A DNA stretch of 64,000 nucleotides from an uncultured Arcobacter sp. (GCA_965140705.1 OZ223302.1:160001-224000), one strand, 5' to 3'. Numbered from the stretch's first letter, positions 52,251-63,676 are shown. The notes: generated by a model from the letters alone, not told the origin. Numbers and translations: made by a program.

Positions 52251-53013
52251 ATTTATCCTTTAATAACTCTTCTTTTTTCTTTTTTTCTTTTTCATTTAAT
52301 TGTGAATCTATCAATTCTACTTTAAAACTTTCATTAAAAGATTCAATTAACAAATCTTTTGCTTCTTCATATGTTAGTTTGATTCCTAAGTCTTCTAAAC
52401 TTATTCCAAATCTTTCATCAATAGTGTTTTCATTTTTCAAATTTGTGTTACTTTTTTTCACACTGAATAAAGGAATTGAACCGTGTTGAAATATCACTTT
52501 TTTTGTTCTTCTTTGTGCATTTCCACCAATTTTTTGTCTATTTACCAAAATATCATAAGCTTCAAAACCCACTTGACAAAACTCATTTTTAGATAGATTT
52601 ACACTCTCATCATCTTTAGCAAAACTCGTTTTTAGACCCAATTTTTTATAAAAATTTAGCAAAAAATAACAAATCTTCTCATATGATTGTTTAATATTGT
52701 AACTTTTTAGCATAGGTGTTGGTATGACTAGAGAGTATGATAAATCATGACCATGAAATAATACTCCACCACCTGTAACTCTCTTAGCATAATTGCCATT
52801 ATACTCATCACAAAATGAATAAGAAGAAAAGTCCTGTGAAACCCCTATAGTAAATGATTTAGACCAATGATAAACTCTTAAAATAGCTTTATCATTTTCT
52901 TCAAAAGATGATATCAATGCATCATCTATTGCCATATTTACTCTAGCAGAATTTTCACCATCTTTTATAACTCTAAATGAGCTTTTTTCTTCTATCATAT
53001 AAACCTTTTCCAA
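52234..53013 (-). CDS. Lipoate-protein ligase / LipM-type octanoyltransferase
   Basis: NMAID, RVTGGG..FH, KIGGNAQ, QHGSI. Confidence 0.85.
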   Translation of the reverse strand: MEKVYMIEEKSSFRVIKDGENSARVNMAIDDALISSFEENDKAILRVYHWSKSFTIGVSQDFSSYSFCDEYNGNYAKRVTGGGVLFHGHDLSYSLVIPTPMLKSYNIKQSYEKICYFLLNFYKKLGLKTSFAKDDESVNLSKNEFCQVGFEAYDILVNRQKIGGNAQRRTKKVIFQHGSIPLFSVKKSNTNLKNENTIDERFGISLEDLGIKLTYEEAKDLLIESFNESFKVELIDSQLNEKEKKKKEELLKDKYDYAN

Positions 53014-53325
53014 ATAAAAAATAATTATTTTTATCTTAAACTTAAATTTTAATTAATATTTTACATATTTTTAACATATTTTTCTAGTAAAATATACAAA
53101 AATTTGTTGTTTTTTCATTATATTTGATAATATTTCTAATATAACTTAGTTTAAAATATTAATTTTTTAATTTAAGTTTAAAATAATTAGAAATAAGTAC
53201 CATATGACCACAATTCGATAAACTCGATAATGGGCTTACATTATTTTTACATTTTGGACATATGTTCACCAGTAAATATAGAGAAAATCGCAATTTCTAT
53301 TAAAAAATCTAACAAGGATTACGAA

Positions 53326-56010
53326 ATGTCAGTTGAAAACTTAAACGATGTCTTGAAAGATCTTGATCCGCAAGAAACACAAGAATGGATTGATGCTTTA
53401 GAAGCAGTTATTGAAGAAGAAGGAAGCGAAAGAGCTCATTTTCTTTTAGAAAAACTTATTGATAAAGCAAGAAGAAGTGGAGCATATTTACCATATAATG
53501 CAACTACTGCTTATTTAAATACTATTCCAGTAGAACAAGAACCTAAAATGCCAGGTAACTTATCACTAGAGAGAAAAATAAGATCTATCATTAGATGGAA
53601 TGCACAACTTATGGTTTTAAGGGGTTCTAAAAAAGATTTAGAATTAGGTGGACATATCGCATCTTTTCAATCTTCTGCAACATTATATGATGTTGGATTT
53701 AACCACTTTTTTAAAGCACCAAATGAAAAAGATGGTGGAGATTTAATATTTTTCCAAGGACATATCTCTCCAGGTATTTATGCAAGAAGTTTTTTAGAAG
53801 GTAGACTTACACAAGAACAATTAGATAACTTTAGACAAGAAGTTGATGGTAAAGGATTATCTTCATACCCACACCCAAGACTTATGCCAACATATTGGCA
53901 ATTTCCAACTGTATCTATGGGATTAGGACCTATTCAAGCTATTTATCAAGCAAGATTTTTAAAATACTTAACTGATAGAGGAATCAAAGATTGTTCTAAT
54001 CAAAAGATTTATTGTTTCATGGGTGATGGTGAGTGTGACGAACCAGAATCATTAGGAGCAATTGGATTAGCTGGAAGAGAAGGATTAGAAAACTTAATTT
54101 TTGTTATTAACTGTAACTTACAAAGACTTGACGGACCAGTTAGAGGAAATGGAAAAATTATCCAAGAACTTGAAGGTGAATTTAGAGGTGCTGGATGGGA
54201 AGTACTTAAAGTTATCTGGGGAAGCAAATGGGATGAACTATTAGCTAAAGATACATCTGGAAAACTACTAGAACTTATGGAAGAGACTGTTGATGGTGAG
54301 TACCAAAACTTTAAACAAAAAGGTGGAGCTTACACAAGAGAAAAATTCTTCAACAAATACCCTGAAACTGCAAAACTTGTAGAAAATATGAGTGATGATG
54401 AAATTTGGATGTTAAACAGAGGTGGACACGATCCAGTTAAAGTTTATGCAGCATACAAAAAAGCAAATGAAACTAAAGGTAGACCATCTGTTATCTTAGC
54501 TAAGACTGTAAAAGGTTACGGTATGGGTGAAGCTGCTGAAGGTAAAAATATTGCCCATGGTGTTAAAAAAGTAGATTTAAAATCTTTAAGACAATTTAGA
54601 GATAGATTTGATATTCCTGTGACTGATGAAGAAATTGAAAAATTACCATACTATTTACCACCTGAAGATTCAGAAGAGATGAAATATATCAAAGAAAAAA
54701 GAGCTGCACTTGGTGGATTTGTTCCACAAAGAAGAGAAGCCTTTACTGAAAAACTTGAAATTCCAGAATTAAGCGCTTTTGATGCTATTTTACAAGGAAG
54801 TGGTGATAGAGAAATTTCTACTACTATGGCATTTGTAAGAGTTTTAAATACACTTGTTAAAGACAAAAAAATTGGAAAAAGAATTGTTCCTATCGTTCCT
54901 GATGAAGCTAGAACATTCGGTATGGAAGGTATGTTTAGACAACTTGGTATTTATGCAGCTGAGGGTCAAAAATATATCCCACAAGATAAAGATCAAGTGG
55001 CATACTATAAAGAAGATAAAAAAGGTCAAGTACTACAAGAAGGTATTAATGAGTTAGGTTCAATGGGTTCTTGGATAGCAGCAGCTACTTCATACTCAAT
55101 CAATGATTGTCCTATGATTCCATTTTATATTTTCTACTCAATGTTTGGATTCCAAAGAACAGGTGATATGTGTTGGGCAGCGGGAGATCAAAAAGCAAAA
55201 GGTTTCTTAATCGGTGGAACATCTGGTAGAACTACACTTAATGGTGAAGGTTTACAACATGAAGATGGACATTCTCATATTATTGCTAATACTATTCCAA
55301 ATTGTGTTACTTATGACCCAACATTTGGTTATGAAGTTGCAGTTATTGTTCAAGATGGTGTTAGAAGAATGTATGGTGAAACACAAGAAGATGTATTCTA
55401 CTACATTACAACATTAAATGAAAATTACCACCAACCAGCAATGCCAAAAGGTGCTGAAGAAGGTATCAAAAAAGGTATTTATAAATTAGAAACTGTAAAA
55501 GCTAAAAATAACTATAAAGTTAATTTATTAGGTTCAGGTTCAATTTTACAACAAGTTAGAACTGCTGCTAAAGTATTAGCAGATGATTATGGAATTGCAA
55601 GTGATATTTACTCAGTTACTTCTTACAATGAATTAACAAGAGATGCACAAGATGTAGAGAGATCTAATATGTTAGATATTAATGGAAAAGATAAAGTTCC
55701 TTATGTAACACAAGTATTAGGTGATGACGAAGAGTCAATCTTTATATCAGCAACTGATTATATGAAATCATATTCTGAGCAAATTAGCCCTTATTTAAAA
55801 GGTAGCTTCAAAGCTTTAGGAACTGATGGATTTGGTAGAAGTGATAGTAGAGCTAACTTAAGAAGTTTCTTTGAAGTTGATTCTGACTTTATTGTATTTA
55901 CTACTTTATCACAACTTGTTAAAAATGGTAAATTGAAAAAATCTATTTTAGCTGATGCTATGAAAAAACATAACATCAACCCAGACAAAATTAACCCAGT
56001 AAAAGCATAA
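53326..56010 (+). CDS. aceE: Pyruvate dehydrogenase E1, homodimeric type (start ATG 53326)
   Basis: DLDPQETQEW, LGGHIAS, GDGECDEPES, NCNLQRLDGPVRGN; AAGGA RBS before 53326. Confidence 0.97.
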   Translation: MSVENLNDVLKDLDPQETQEWIDALEAVIEEEGSERAHFLLEKLIDKARRSGAYLPYNATTAYLNTIPVEQEPKMPGNLSLERKIRSIIRWNAQLMVLRGSKKDLELGGHIASFQSSATLYDVGFNHFFKAPNEKDGGDLIFFQGHISPGIYARSFLEGRLTQEQLDNFRQEVDGKGLSSYPHPRLMPTYWQFPTVSMGLGPIQAIYQARFLKYLTDRGIKDCSNQKIYCFMGDGECDEPESLGAIGLAGREGLENLIFVINCNLQRLDGPVRGNGKIIQELEGEFRGAGWEVLKVIWGSKWDELLAKDTSGKLLELMEETVDGEYQNFKQKGGAYTREKFFNKYPETAKLVENMSDDEIWMLNRGGHDPVKVYAAYKKANETKGRPSVILAKTVKGYGMGEAAEGKNIAHGVKKVDLKSLRQFRDRFDIPVTDEEIEKLPYYLPPEDSEEMKYIKEKRAALGGFVPQRREAFTEKLEIPELSAFDAILQGSGDREISTTMAFVRVLNTLVKDKKIGKRIVPIVPDEARTFGMEGMFRQLGIYAAEGQKYIPQDKDQVAYYKEDKKGQVLQEGINELGSMGSWIAAATSYSINDCPMIPFYIFYSMFGFQRTGDMCWAAGDQKAKGFLIGGTSGRTTLNGEGLQHEDGHSHIIANTIPNCVTYDPTFGYEVAVIVQDGVRRMYGETQEDVFYYITTLNENYHQPAMPKGAEEGIKKGIYKLETVKAKNNYKVNLLGSGSILQQVRTAAKVLADDYGIASDIYSVTSYNELTRDAQDVERSNMLDINGKDKVPYVTQVLGDDEESIFISATDYMKSYSEQISPYLKGSFKALGTDGFGRSDSRANLRSFFEVDSDFIVFTTLSQLVKNGKLKKSILADAMKKHNINPDKINPVKA

Positions 56011-56020
56011 GGAGTAGAAA

Positions 56021-57748
56021 ATGAGTACAATTCAAGATATTTATATTCCTGATTTAGGTGCTGACAAAGATGTTGATTTAATTGATGTTATGGTTAGTGT
56101 TGGTGATACAGTTGAAGTTGAAGATGGTTTAATTACACTTGAAACTGAAAAAGCATCTATGGATGTTCCTACAACTCATGCGGGTGTTATAAAAGAGATA
56201 CTTGTAAAGGTTGGAGATAAAGTAAATTCTGGTGATTTAATTGCAAGAGTTGAAATTCAAGATGAAGCAAGTGAAGAAGCAGCTCCAGCTGAAACTGCGG
56301 CATCAGCTCCTAAAGCAGAAGAGAAAACAGAAGCACCAGCTGCTTCTGCTCCTGCTAGTTCAGAACCAATGGATTTAAAATCAGCAGAAGCAGAACTTCA
56401 AGCAATTTCAGCTTCAGGTGCACAAGTTTCTTGTCAACTAATCCAAGATCAAACTATTTGTTCAGTAATTGAAGAAGTTCGTATTCCTGATTTAGGTGCA
56501 GATAAAGATGTTGATTTAATCGACATAATGGTTAATGTAGGTGATACAGTTGAAGCAGAACACGGTTTAATTACACTTGAGACTGAAAAAGCATCTATGG
56601 ATGTTCCAGCACCTTTTGCAGGTGAGATTTTAGAACTTTTTGTTAAAGTTGGAGATAAAGTAAATTCTGATGATTTAATTGCTAAGATGGTTAAAACTGT
56701 AGTTATGGAAAGTAAAGTTCCAACTCCAGCACAAGCACCTAAGCAAGAAGCTCCAAAAGAAGAGAAAAAAACACCTGCAACTTTACAAGCAGCTGTTGCG
56801 ACATCAACTGTTAAAGAAGAGACAAGTGTATTATCTCAAAAAGCTAAAAAAGTTTATGCAAGTCCAAGTGTAAGAAAAATAGCAAGAGAATTTGGTGTTG
56901 ATTTAGGTTTTGTAAAAGGAAGCGCTAAAAAAGGTAGAATTCTAAAAGAAGATATTAAAGCTTATGTAAAAGAGCAACTAAATAAACCAGCAAGTGCATC
57001 TGGAAGCGGATTAGGATTTAATCTACCAGAACTTAAAGAAGTAGATTTCTCACAATTTGGTGAAATTGAAACTGTTGAGTTAGGTAGAATCCAAAAAATT
57101 TCAGGACCAAGTTTACATAGAAATTGGTTAGCAATGCCTCATGTAACACAATTTGATGAAGCTGATATTACAGAATTAGAAAGCTTTAGAAAAGCACAAA
57201 ATGCTATTGCTGATGGATTTAAACTTTCTCCTTTAGTATTTGTGGTTAAAGCTGTGGCAAAAGCCTTAGCTATTCATCCTAAATTTAATTCATCATTAAG
57301 TGCTGATGGTCAAAACTTAATTATGAAAAAATATTTCCATATTGCTATTGCAGTTGATACTCCAAATGGTCTTATGGTTCCAGTTATTAGAGATGTTGAT
57401 AAAAAAGGATTTAAAGAGATTGCTATTGAGATGGCTGAGCTTTCACAAAGAGCAAGAGATGGTAAACTAAAAGCTGCTGATATGCAAGGTGCTTCATTTA
57501 CAATCTCTTCTTTAGGTGGAATTGGTGGAACTAAATTTACTCCAATTATCAATGCTCCTGAAGTTGCAATCTTAGGATTATCAAAATCTGAAATGAAACC
57601 AGTATGGGATGGTGAAAATTTCATACCAAGATTAACTTTACCGTTATCTTTATCTTATGACCACAAAGTAATTGATGGTGCTGATGGTGCAAGATTTACA
57701 ACTACATTGTCACAACTATTAAGTGATATTAGACTACTAAGTCTGTAA
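56021..57748 (+). CDS. aceF: Dihydrolipoamide acetyltransferase with two lipoyl domains
   Basis: Two ETEKASM motifs, ASPSVRK, DHKVIDG. Confidence 0.95.
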   Translation: MSTIQDIYIPDLGADKDVDLIDVMVSVGDTVEVEDGLITLETEKASMDVPTTHAGVIKEILVKVGDKVNSGDLIARVEIQDEASEEAAPAETAASAPKAEEKTEAPAASAPASSEPMDLKSAEAELQAISASGAQVSCQLIQDQTICSVIEEVRIPDLGADKDVDLIDIMVNVGDTVEAEHGLITLETEKASMDVPAPFAGEILELFVKVGDKVNSDDLIAKMVKTVVMESKVPTPAQAPKQEAPKEEKKTPATLQAAVATSTVKEETSVLSQKAKKVYASPSVRKIAREFGVDLGFVKGSAKKGRILKEDIKAYVKEQLNKPASASGSGLGFNLPELKEVDFSQFGEIETVELGRIQKISGPSLHRNWLAMPHVTQFDEADITELESFRKAQNAIADGFKLSPLVFVVKAVAKALAIHPKFNSSLSADGQNLIMKKYFHIAIAVDTPNGLMVPVIRDVDKKGFKEIAIEMAELSQRARDGKLKAADMQGASFTISSLGGIGGTKFTPIINAPEVAILGLSKSEMKPVWDGENFIPRLTLPLSLSYDHKVIDGADGARFTTTLSQLLSDIRLLSL

Positions 57749-57757
57749 GGAAAAAGA

Positions 57758-59524
57758 ATGAGTAAAATTATAGATATTTTAATTCCAGATTTAGGTGCAG
57801 ACAAAGATGTTGACTTAATTGATGTAATGGTTAACATTGGAGATAAAGTAGAAGAAGAAGATGGACTTATTACCCTAGAGACTGAAAAAGCCTCTATGGA
57901 TGTTCCAACGACTCATGCTGGTACTATAAAAGAGATACTTGTAAAAGTGGGAGATAAAGTAAATTCTGGTGATTTAATTGCTAAAATTGAAGTTGAAGAC
58001 GAAGCTTCAGCTACTCCTGCTGTTGAAGAAAAAGTACAAGAAGCACCAGCTGCTGCAAAACCAGCAAAAACTTCTACAAACACTGATGGTGCAGAAGAAA
58101 TCAAAGGTCAAGTACTAGTAATAGGAGCAGGACCTGGTGGTTATTCTGCTGCATTTAGATGTGCTGATTTAGGTTTAGATACAGTTTTAGTAGAAAGATA
58201 TACAACTTTAGGTGGAGTTTGTCTAAATGTTGGTTGTATCCCTTCTAAAGCACTTCTTCACGTAGCAAAAGTTATGGAAGAAGCAGAACATATTGAACAT
58301 GCAGGAATCAAATTTGCAAAACCTGAGATTGATTTACCAAGTATAGCAGCTTATAAAAGTGGCGTTGTAAAAAAACTAACTGATGGTTTAAGTGCAATGT
58401 CTAAAATGAGAAAAGTAACAGTAGTTCAAGGTTATGCTAAATTTTTAGATAAAAACTCTGTTATTGTTGAGCACACTGATGTTGAAGGTAAACAAACAAA
58501 AGTCTCTTTTGATAATTGTATTATCGCAGCTGGAAGCCAAAGCTCAAAAATGTCATTTATTCCACATGAAGATCCTAGAATTTGGGATTCTACTGATGCC
58601 TTAGAAGTAAAAGAAGTACCAAAAAGACTTCTAGTTATGGGTGGAGGAATCATTGGACTTGAGATGGGAACTGTTTATCAAAAACTAGGAAGTCAAGTTG
58701 ATTTTGTGGTACGTGGTAAACAACTAATGAGTGGAACGGATGCTGATATAGTTAAAATGTATACTAAATCAAATACAAAAAGATTTAATATAATGTTTGA
58801 AACTCAAGCACAATCAATCATTCCTAAACAAGATGGTGTTTATGTTGAATTCAAAGGTAAAAATGCTCCTGAAGGTGCTGTAGTTTATGATGCGATTCTT
58901 GTTGCAATGGGAAGAAGTGCAAATGGTAATAAACTAGACCTTCAAAATTGTGGTGTAAATGTTGATGATTATGGAATCATAAAAGTTGACAATCAAATGA
59001 GAACAAATGTACCTAATATCTACGCAATTGGAGATATTGTTGGTCAACCTATGCTTGCACATAAAGCAGTACATGAAGGTCATGTAGCAGCTGAAGTAAT
59101 AGCAGGTGAAAAAGTCTTCTTTGAACCAAAACAAATTCCATCTATCGCTTATACTTTCCCAGAAATCGCTTGGGCTGGTATGACTGAAAATGAAGCAAAA
59201 GCTGCTGGAGTTAACTATGAAGTAGCAACTTTCCCTTGGTCTGCATCTGGTAGAGCATTGGCAAGTGATGTTTCAAGTGATGGTATGACTAAACTTATTT
59301 TTGATAAAGATACTCACCAACTAATTGGTGGAGCACTTGTTGGAGATAATGCAGGTGAATTGCTTGGTGAAATTTCACTAGCACTTGAAATGGATTGTGA
59401 TGCAGAAGATATTGCTCTAACTATTCATGCACACCCTACTTTACACGAATCAGTTGGTATGGCAGCTGAAATATTTCATGGAAGTATTACAGACTTACCA
59501 AACGCAAAAGCTAAAAAGAGATAA
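57758..59524 (+). CDS. lpdA: Dihydrolipoamide dehydrogenase with an N-terminal lipoyl domain
   Basis: ETEKASM, GAGPGG, CLNVGCIPSK, HAHPTLHE. Confidence 0.95.
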   Translation: MSKIIDILIPDLGADKDVDLIDVMVNIGDKVEEEDGLITLETEKASMDVPTTHAGTIKEILVKVGDKVNSGDLIAKIEVEDEASATPAVEEKVQEAPAAAKPAKTSTNTDGAEEIKGQVLVIGAGPGGYSAAFRCADLGLDTVLVERYTTLGGVCLNVGCIPSKALLHVAKVMEEAEHIEHAGIKFAKPEIDLPSIAAYKSGVVKKLTDGLSAMSKMRKVTVVQGYAKFLDKNSVIVEHTDVEGKQTKVSFDNCIIAAGSQSSKMSFIPHEDPRIWDSTDALEVKEVPKRLLVMGGGIIGLEMGTVYQKLGSQVDFVVRGKQLMSGTDADIVKMYTKSNTKRFNIMFETQAQSIIPKQDGVYVEFKGKNAPEGAVVYDAILVAMGRSANGNKLDLQNCGVNVDDYGIIKVDNQMRTNVPNIYAIGDIVGQPMLAHKAVHEGHVAAEVIAGEKVFFEPKQIPSIAYTFPEIAWAGMTENEAKAAGVNYEVATFPWSASGRALASDVSSDGMTKLIFDKDTHQLIGGALVGDNAGELLGEISLALEMDCDAEDIALTIHAHPTLHESVGMAAEIFHGSITDLPNAKAKKR

Positions 59525-59536
59525 ATCTCTTTTTAG
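59511..59536 (+). terminator. Hairpin overlapping the lpdA stop
   Basis: CTAAAAAGAGA-taaa-TCTCTTTTTAG. Confidence 0.65.
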
Positions 59537-59553
59537 TTATGTTATAATTATGT

Positions 59554-60111
59554 ATGACATTTTACAACATACTAGATTTTATATTCTTTTTAATACTATT
59601 TTTCCTAATTTATCACTCTTATGTACAAAAAACATATCTAAAAATCTTTGAATATTTTAAAATCTTTATTATACTTTCAATCTCAGCAAAACTTGCTCCT
59701 GAAAGTGCAACCTTATTACAAAAGTTTCATATAACAAAAGCAGATACATACACTACACTTATATTAATCGCTTTTATTATAAATTTATTAATACTATATT
59801 TTGGCTGGGATTTTATTTTTAAAGTAGCTTCAAAATTTGTTGATAGTCAAAATATCAAATCTTTGTTAGCAAAAGTTATAACAATTGTAGAGATAACTAT
59901 TTTAACTACACTTTTTTTATATACAGTAATGCAATTTTATCCTGCAAAAAAATATATTTATCCTTCTGTAAAAAAGAGTTATACTTATCCAAAAATTGAG
60001 AAGTTTTATACCCACTTTTTAAATGATAACTTTGTCTTTATGATACTAAATCAAGATACTGCTACAAACCATAAAGAATTACTCTTTAAAAGCTTTAAAA
60101 ATAGTTTCTAA
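59554..60111 (+). CDS. Membrane protein, CvpA-like
   Basis: N.LD N-terminus, 4 TM, KSY.YP motif. Confidence 0.5.
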   Translation: MTFYNILDFIFFLILFFLIYHSYVQKTYLKIFEYFKIFIILSISAKLAPESATLLQKFHITKADTYTTLILIAFIINLLILYFGWDFIFKVASKFVDSQNIKSLLAKVITIVEITILTTLFLYTVMQFYPAKKYIYPSVKKSYTYPKIEKFYTHFLNDNFVFMILNQDTATNHKELLFKSFKNSF

Positions 60112-60613
60112 GTTCACTTGCCCAAGCAACATAAGCTTTCATATTTAGATGCAAGCCATCAGTTGTATAAATATTTAATAAAACCTCATCCCTTGATAAT
60201 ACTTTATTTAAATCAACATAGGTAAGATTATTATCATTGCAATACTTTTCAAGTCTAATATTTATCTCTTTTACTTTTTTATTAAAAGAGGTCATTTGTG
60301 TATAAAGTATAGATTGTACAAAAATTTTTGAAGAGGACTCTTTTTCCAATCTATTTAATATTTTTATGTAATTCTCAAAGATTTTATCTAAGCTTTTGTA
60401 GGAATTCATATCATTAATACCAATCATTAAGAAAATATTTTTAGAATGAACTTCAATAGCTAAATTTAATCTAGCTAGAATATCACTTGTAGTATCGGCA
60501 TCATGTCCAAGGTTGATAACTTTTTTAGGATAAAGAATAACATCCCACTCTCCTCTGGCTGTAAGAGAGTCACCTAACATTACTATATCAATATTATTTT
60601 TCATCTTTCCCAA
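60095..60613 (-). CDS. GDSL/SGNH hydrolase
   Basis: GDSLT, GIND, DGLH. Confidence 0.9.
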   Translation of the reverse strand: MGKMKNNIDIVMLGDSLTARGEWDVILYPKKVINLGHDADTTSDILARLNLAIEVHSKNIFLMIGINDMNSYKSLDKIFENYIKILNRLEKESSSKIFVQSILYTQMTSFNKKVKEINIRLEKYCNDNNLTYVDLNKVLSRDEVLLNIYTTDGLHLNMKAYVAWASELRNYF

Positions 60614-60650
60614 CTTTATACTTTATTGATATATTTTATTAGTCTTTGGC

Positions 60651-61298
60651 TTATTCCTTTATCAAACTTTTATTTAATCTATATATTGTAAGAGTAAGTT
60701 TATCAATAAAACTTTTGTGATGGGATACTATTATCATAGATTTTTTTATGGAATTTAATATCTCACATATAGTATTTTCACTCTTTTCATCTAAATCGTT
60801 CGTAGGTTCATCTAGAAGCAATATTTTAGGTTTGGTAATAAGAATACCAGCTAAGGCAACAATCTTCTGCTCACCGCCACTTAAATCGTGTATAACCCTA
60901 TCTTTTAGCTTCTTTATATTTAGACTTTCTAAAACTTCAATAGCTTTTTCATAAGATTCATCTTTTGATACACCTTTTGCCCTTAAAGCAAACATCACAT
61001 CTTCTATTACAGTGGGGCATAAAAAGTGATTTGAAACATCTTGGGGTAGATATCCTATATCACTTCTATATTTTCTAAAATCTTTTGAGGAGTTCATCTT
61101 ATCATGAAATATTTCAATATATCCAGATGAAGGAGAGATTAGACCTGCAATTATTTTAAGTAAAGTACTTTTACCACTTCCATTTGCTCCAACAACAGCA
61201 ACTTTTTCTTCATGTCCTACATTTAAATTTATATTTTCCAATAAACTTTTGCTTTCACACAAATAGTTCACATCTACTACAGTTACAGAACAACTCAT
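60651..61298 (-). CDS. ECF transporter ATPase (CbiO/NikO)
   Basis: GANGSGKS, LSGGEQ, LLDEP. Confidence 0.9.
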   Translation of the reverse strand: MSCSVTVVDVNYLCESKSLLENINLNVGHEEKVAVVGANGSGKSTLLKIIAGLISPSSGYIEIFHDKMNSSKDFRKYRSDIGYLPQDVSNHFLCPTVIEDVMFALRAKGVSKDESYEKAIEVLESLNIKKLKDRVIHDLSGGEQKIVALAGILITKPKILLLDEPTNDLDEKSENTICEILNSIKKSMIIVSHHKSFIDKLTLTIYRLNKSLIKE

Positions 61299-61942
61299 AA
61301 ATTTACCACCATTTTATTTATTACTACTACAAAAACTAAGATTGAAAGAAAGATATAGTTTTTATTTTTTGAGGGCATTTCTAATAAATAAATCTCACCA
61401 TTAAATCCCCTTGAGATCAAACTATCTCTCATCTCTTCTGATTTTCTAACTGACTTTATGAACATCATTGCAAATACATTCCCATATGTTTGATAGCTAA
61501 AAAGGTTACTTCTTGCATGAAAGCCCCTAAGTCTAAGTGTTGCTTTTATTGTTTTAAATTCTTTAAAAAGATACTCAATCATCACAATAGTAAAATAAAA
61601 TATTGTCACAAATTTTTTGGGAAATCGAAGTGAATTAAAACCTCTTACTATGTCATAGCCCTTTGATTTATAAAAAACAAGTAGATTAAATAGTAAAATA
61701 AGATTCGTTCTAAAGAAGAGTTCAATGGCTTTATTCACATCATGAAAAGATACAAAAATCACTAAAAATATTATAAATAAATTTATTAAAGCAAGTTTTT
61801 TAAGTATCTTCAAGACCTCTTTATACTCCACTACTACCATATATAAAATTGGTAATAAATAGATGTACTCTAGGTCTGAAGAAAAAGCTACAATGCTAGA
61901 ATAAATAAGTGAAACTAATAATTTAACTGGGTATTCGTTCAT
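61295..61942 (-). CDS. ECF transporter T component (CbiQ/NikQ)
   Basis: TM protein with LRGF and SRGF motifs. Confidence 0.85.
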   Translation of the reverse strand: MNEYPVKLLVSLIYSSIVAFSSDLEYIYLLPILYMVVVEYKEVLKILKKLALINLFIIFLVIFVSFHDVNKAIELFFRTNLILLFNLLVFYKSKGYDIVRGFNSLRFPKKFVTIFYFTIVMIEYLFKEFKTIKATLRLRGFHARSNLFSYQTYGNVFAMMFIKSVRKSEEMRDSLISRGFNGEIYLLEMPSKNKNYIFLSILVFVVVINKMVVNL

Positions 61943-62355
61943 TTTCTCTTTACTTTTTTAATTAGAAAAAATATTATACCAATTAAAAATAAAGAAATAA
62001 CTATTTTATAATACTTTTGAGTCTCCTCTTCTTGTATATGTTTTGTTAGGCTTTGGATATGTGGCTTTGAAACTTCTATCTTCTCTTGTGCCATATGACC
62101 ACCTTCAGCATCAACTATTACATCTATATTTTTATACTTTGAATTATATATGTATTTTCCCTTATTATCAAGTTTATCTTCAAATACAATTTTATCTTTG
62201 TTTTTTATGATTAATCTACAGTTTTGACAAACTGCTCCACTTGCAAAATAAGCAAAAACATGTACATTGCTATCTTCATTTGTTAAAAATACATTTAATT
62301 TATGAGCCCATACACTAGAAAATAGTATTAAAATTATAAAAATATATTTCATCAT
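61939..62355 (-). CDS. Auxiliary Ni/Co transport subunit (NikL/CbiL-like)
   Basis: Signal peptide then AHKLNVF, DAEGGH, C-terminal TM. Confidence 0.65.
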   Translation of the reverse strand: MMKYIFIILILFSSVWAHKLNVFLTNEDSNVHVFAYFASGAVCQNCRLIIKNKDKIVFEDKLDNKGKYIYNSKYKNIDVIVDAEGGHMAQEKIEVSKPHIQSLTKHIQEEETQKYYKIVISLFLIGIIFFLIKKVKRK

Positions 62356-62948
62356 TTGGCCTTCAAAATTTTTGGATAAGTTTTTTTGATAAACTGCAAT
62401 AAAAACATACTTATTATTCCTTCAATTATCATAGCCCCAGAATCAACTATAAATATCGTATATGAAGCATACTCATACTCTGGTTTTGAGAAAAGTAAGA
62501 TTATCGCTAAAAAAAGTGTAGCAAAAAACGTACCTAAAAATCCCACTAGAAAAAACTTTACTTTTTCATTTAATCTATTTGCAATATCCATATTATATAA
62601 ATAATACACAATAATTGCTGGCATTCCCATAACAAAAAGATTTACTCCTAGTGATACAACACCTCCGTAACCTAAAAGTAAAGCTTGTAGTACTAAAGCT
62701 ATAAAAATACTAATAAAACTCATCCAACCAATTAATATACCAATCACCCCAATAAGCACTAAGTGTATTTGGGTGACTCCAAGGGGGACATGAATAAAGG
62801 TTGCTATAAAAAACATAGCACTCATAGCTGCTGCTAAAGTTATCTTTTCATCTTTTATAGATTTAATAGAAATATATAAACAAACTAAACTAATAGCACT
62901 AACAACTGCTGTTGATTCTAAAGTTAAGACACCATCTGCTATATGCAC
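62352..62948 (-). CDS. cbiM: Ni/Co ECF S component (CbiM/NikM)
   Basis: MHIADG metal-binding N-terminus, GG...LGVN. Confidence 0.85.
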   Translation of the reverse strand: MHIADGVLTLESTAVVSAISLVCLYISIKSIKDEKITLAAAMSAMFFIATFIHVPLGVTQIHLVLIGVIGILIGWMSFISIFIALVLQALLLGYGGVVSLGVNLFVMGMPAIIVYYLYNMDIANRLNEKVKFFLVGFLGTFFATLFLAIILLFSKPEYEYASYTIFIVDSGAMIIEGIISMFLLQFIKKTYPKILKAK

Positions 62949-63676
62949 TAGTAAGCCTTAATCCATAATAAGGCACCATTTTCTACTGGATACTCTTTAC
63001 CATCATCTTTATTTTTAATTTTACCCTCTTCAATTAAAGCAGCAAATCCCCACCATCCTTTATGATTCATTACAAAAGAAAAAACACCATTATCATCAGT
63101 TTTAACTACTTGTGTTACATGGCTACTATTTGGTGCTTTTAACTTAAAGTTATTATATAGTTCCACCTCTACTTCAACATTACTAGCTGGTTTACCATTG
63201 TGTAAAACTTTTCCTTGAAATAAATTACCTGCATATAATCCAAAAGGTTTAACCATAGGTATAATCTCATATTTTAATCCAATAGGTTCATCCCAACCCT
63301 CTTCTAAACCATAAGCGTCAACAATTAATTTTGGTACATGTATAATATATTTTCCTTCTGCTGGTTCAAAATATGGTTGTGGCTCAACAAAAAATTTATA
63401 CACACCTGGCATATTTATTTTATATTTTGCACTCCATGCTTTATGTCCTAATTTAGTAGTTTCCTTTACAGGTATTTTATTATCATTACTATTTACAAAT
63501 AATTTTGGCTTTTCCATTGTCATTCCATTTTGTTCAAAAGGGTGCATAAATGAAATATCAAAATTAAGCGTTGAATCCTTTTTATCATCAACAACATCAG
63601 TGTTTGACATAAAAGTTAAGAAGTGAGCTTGTGATAGTGTAAGCAACATAATAAGAGTCGAAATAATTTTTAACAT
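62948..63676 (-). CDS. DUF4198 periplasmic Ni/Co uptake protein
   Basis: Signal peptide then AHF, F.HPFE, PYFEPAE, GWWGFAAL. Confidence 0.8.
   Translation of the reverse strand: MLKIISTLIMLLTLSQAHFLTFMSNTDVVDDKKDSTLNFDISFMHPFEQNGMTMEKPKLFVNSNDNKIPVKETTKLGHKAWSAKYKINMPGVYKFFVEPQPYFEPAEGKYIIHVPKLIVDAYGLEEGWDEPIGLKYEIIPMVKPFGLYAGNLFQGKVLHNGKPASNVEVEVELYNNFKLKAPNSSHVTQVVKTDDNGVFSFVMNHKGWWGFAALIEEGKIKNKDDGKEYPVENGALLWIKAY

Noticed and set aside
53195..53275. CATATG-centred palindromes upstream of aceE as a PdhR/GntR operator
   Set aside because: They do not match the AATTGGT-N3-ACCAATT consensus well enough and no regulator gene is adjacent.
53230..53325. Extended N-termini in the ORF track (aceE 53230, MFS 42874, htrA 26324, GT2 17031, YwbE 49365)
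   Set aside because: Family similarity begins at downstream ATGs, most of which have a better RBS.
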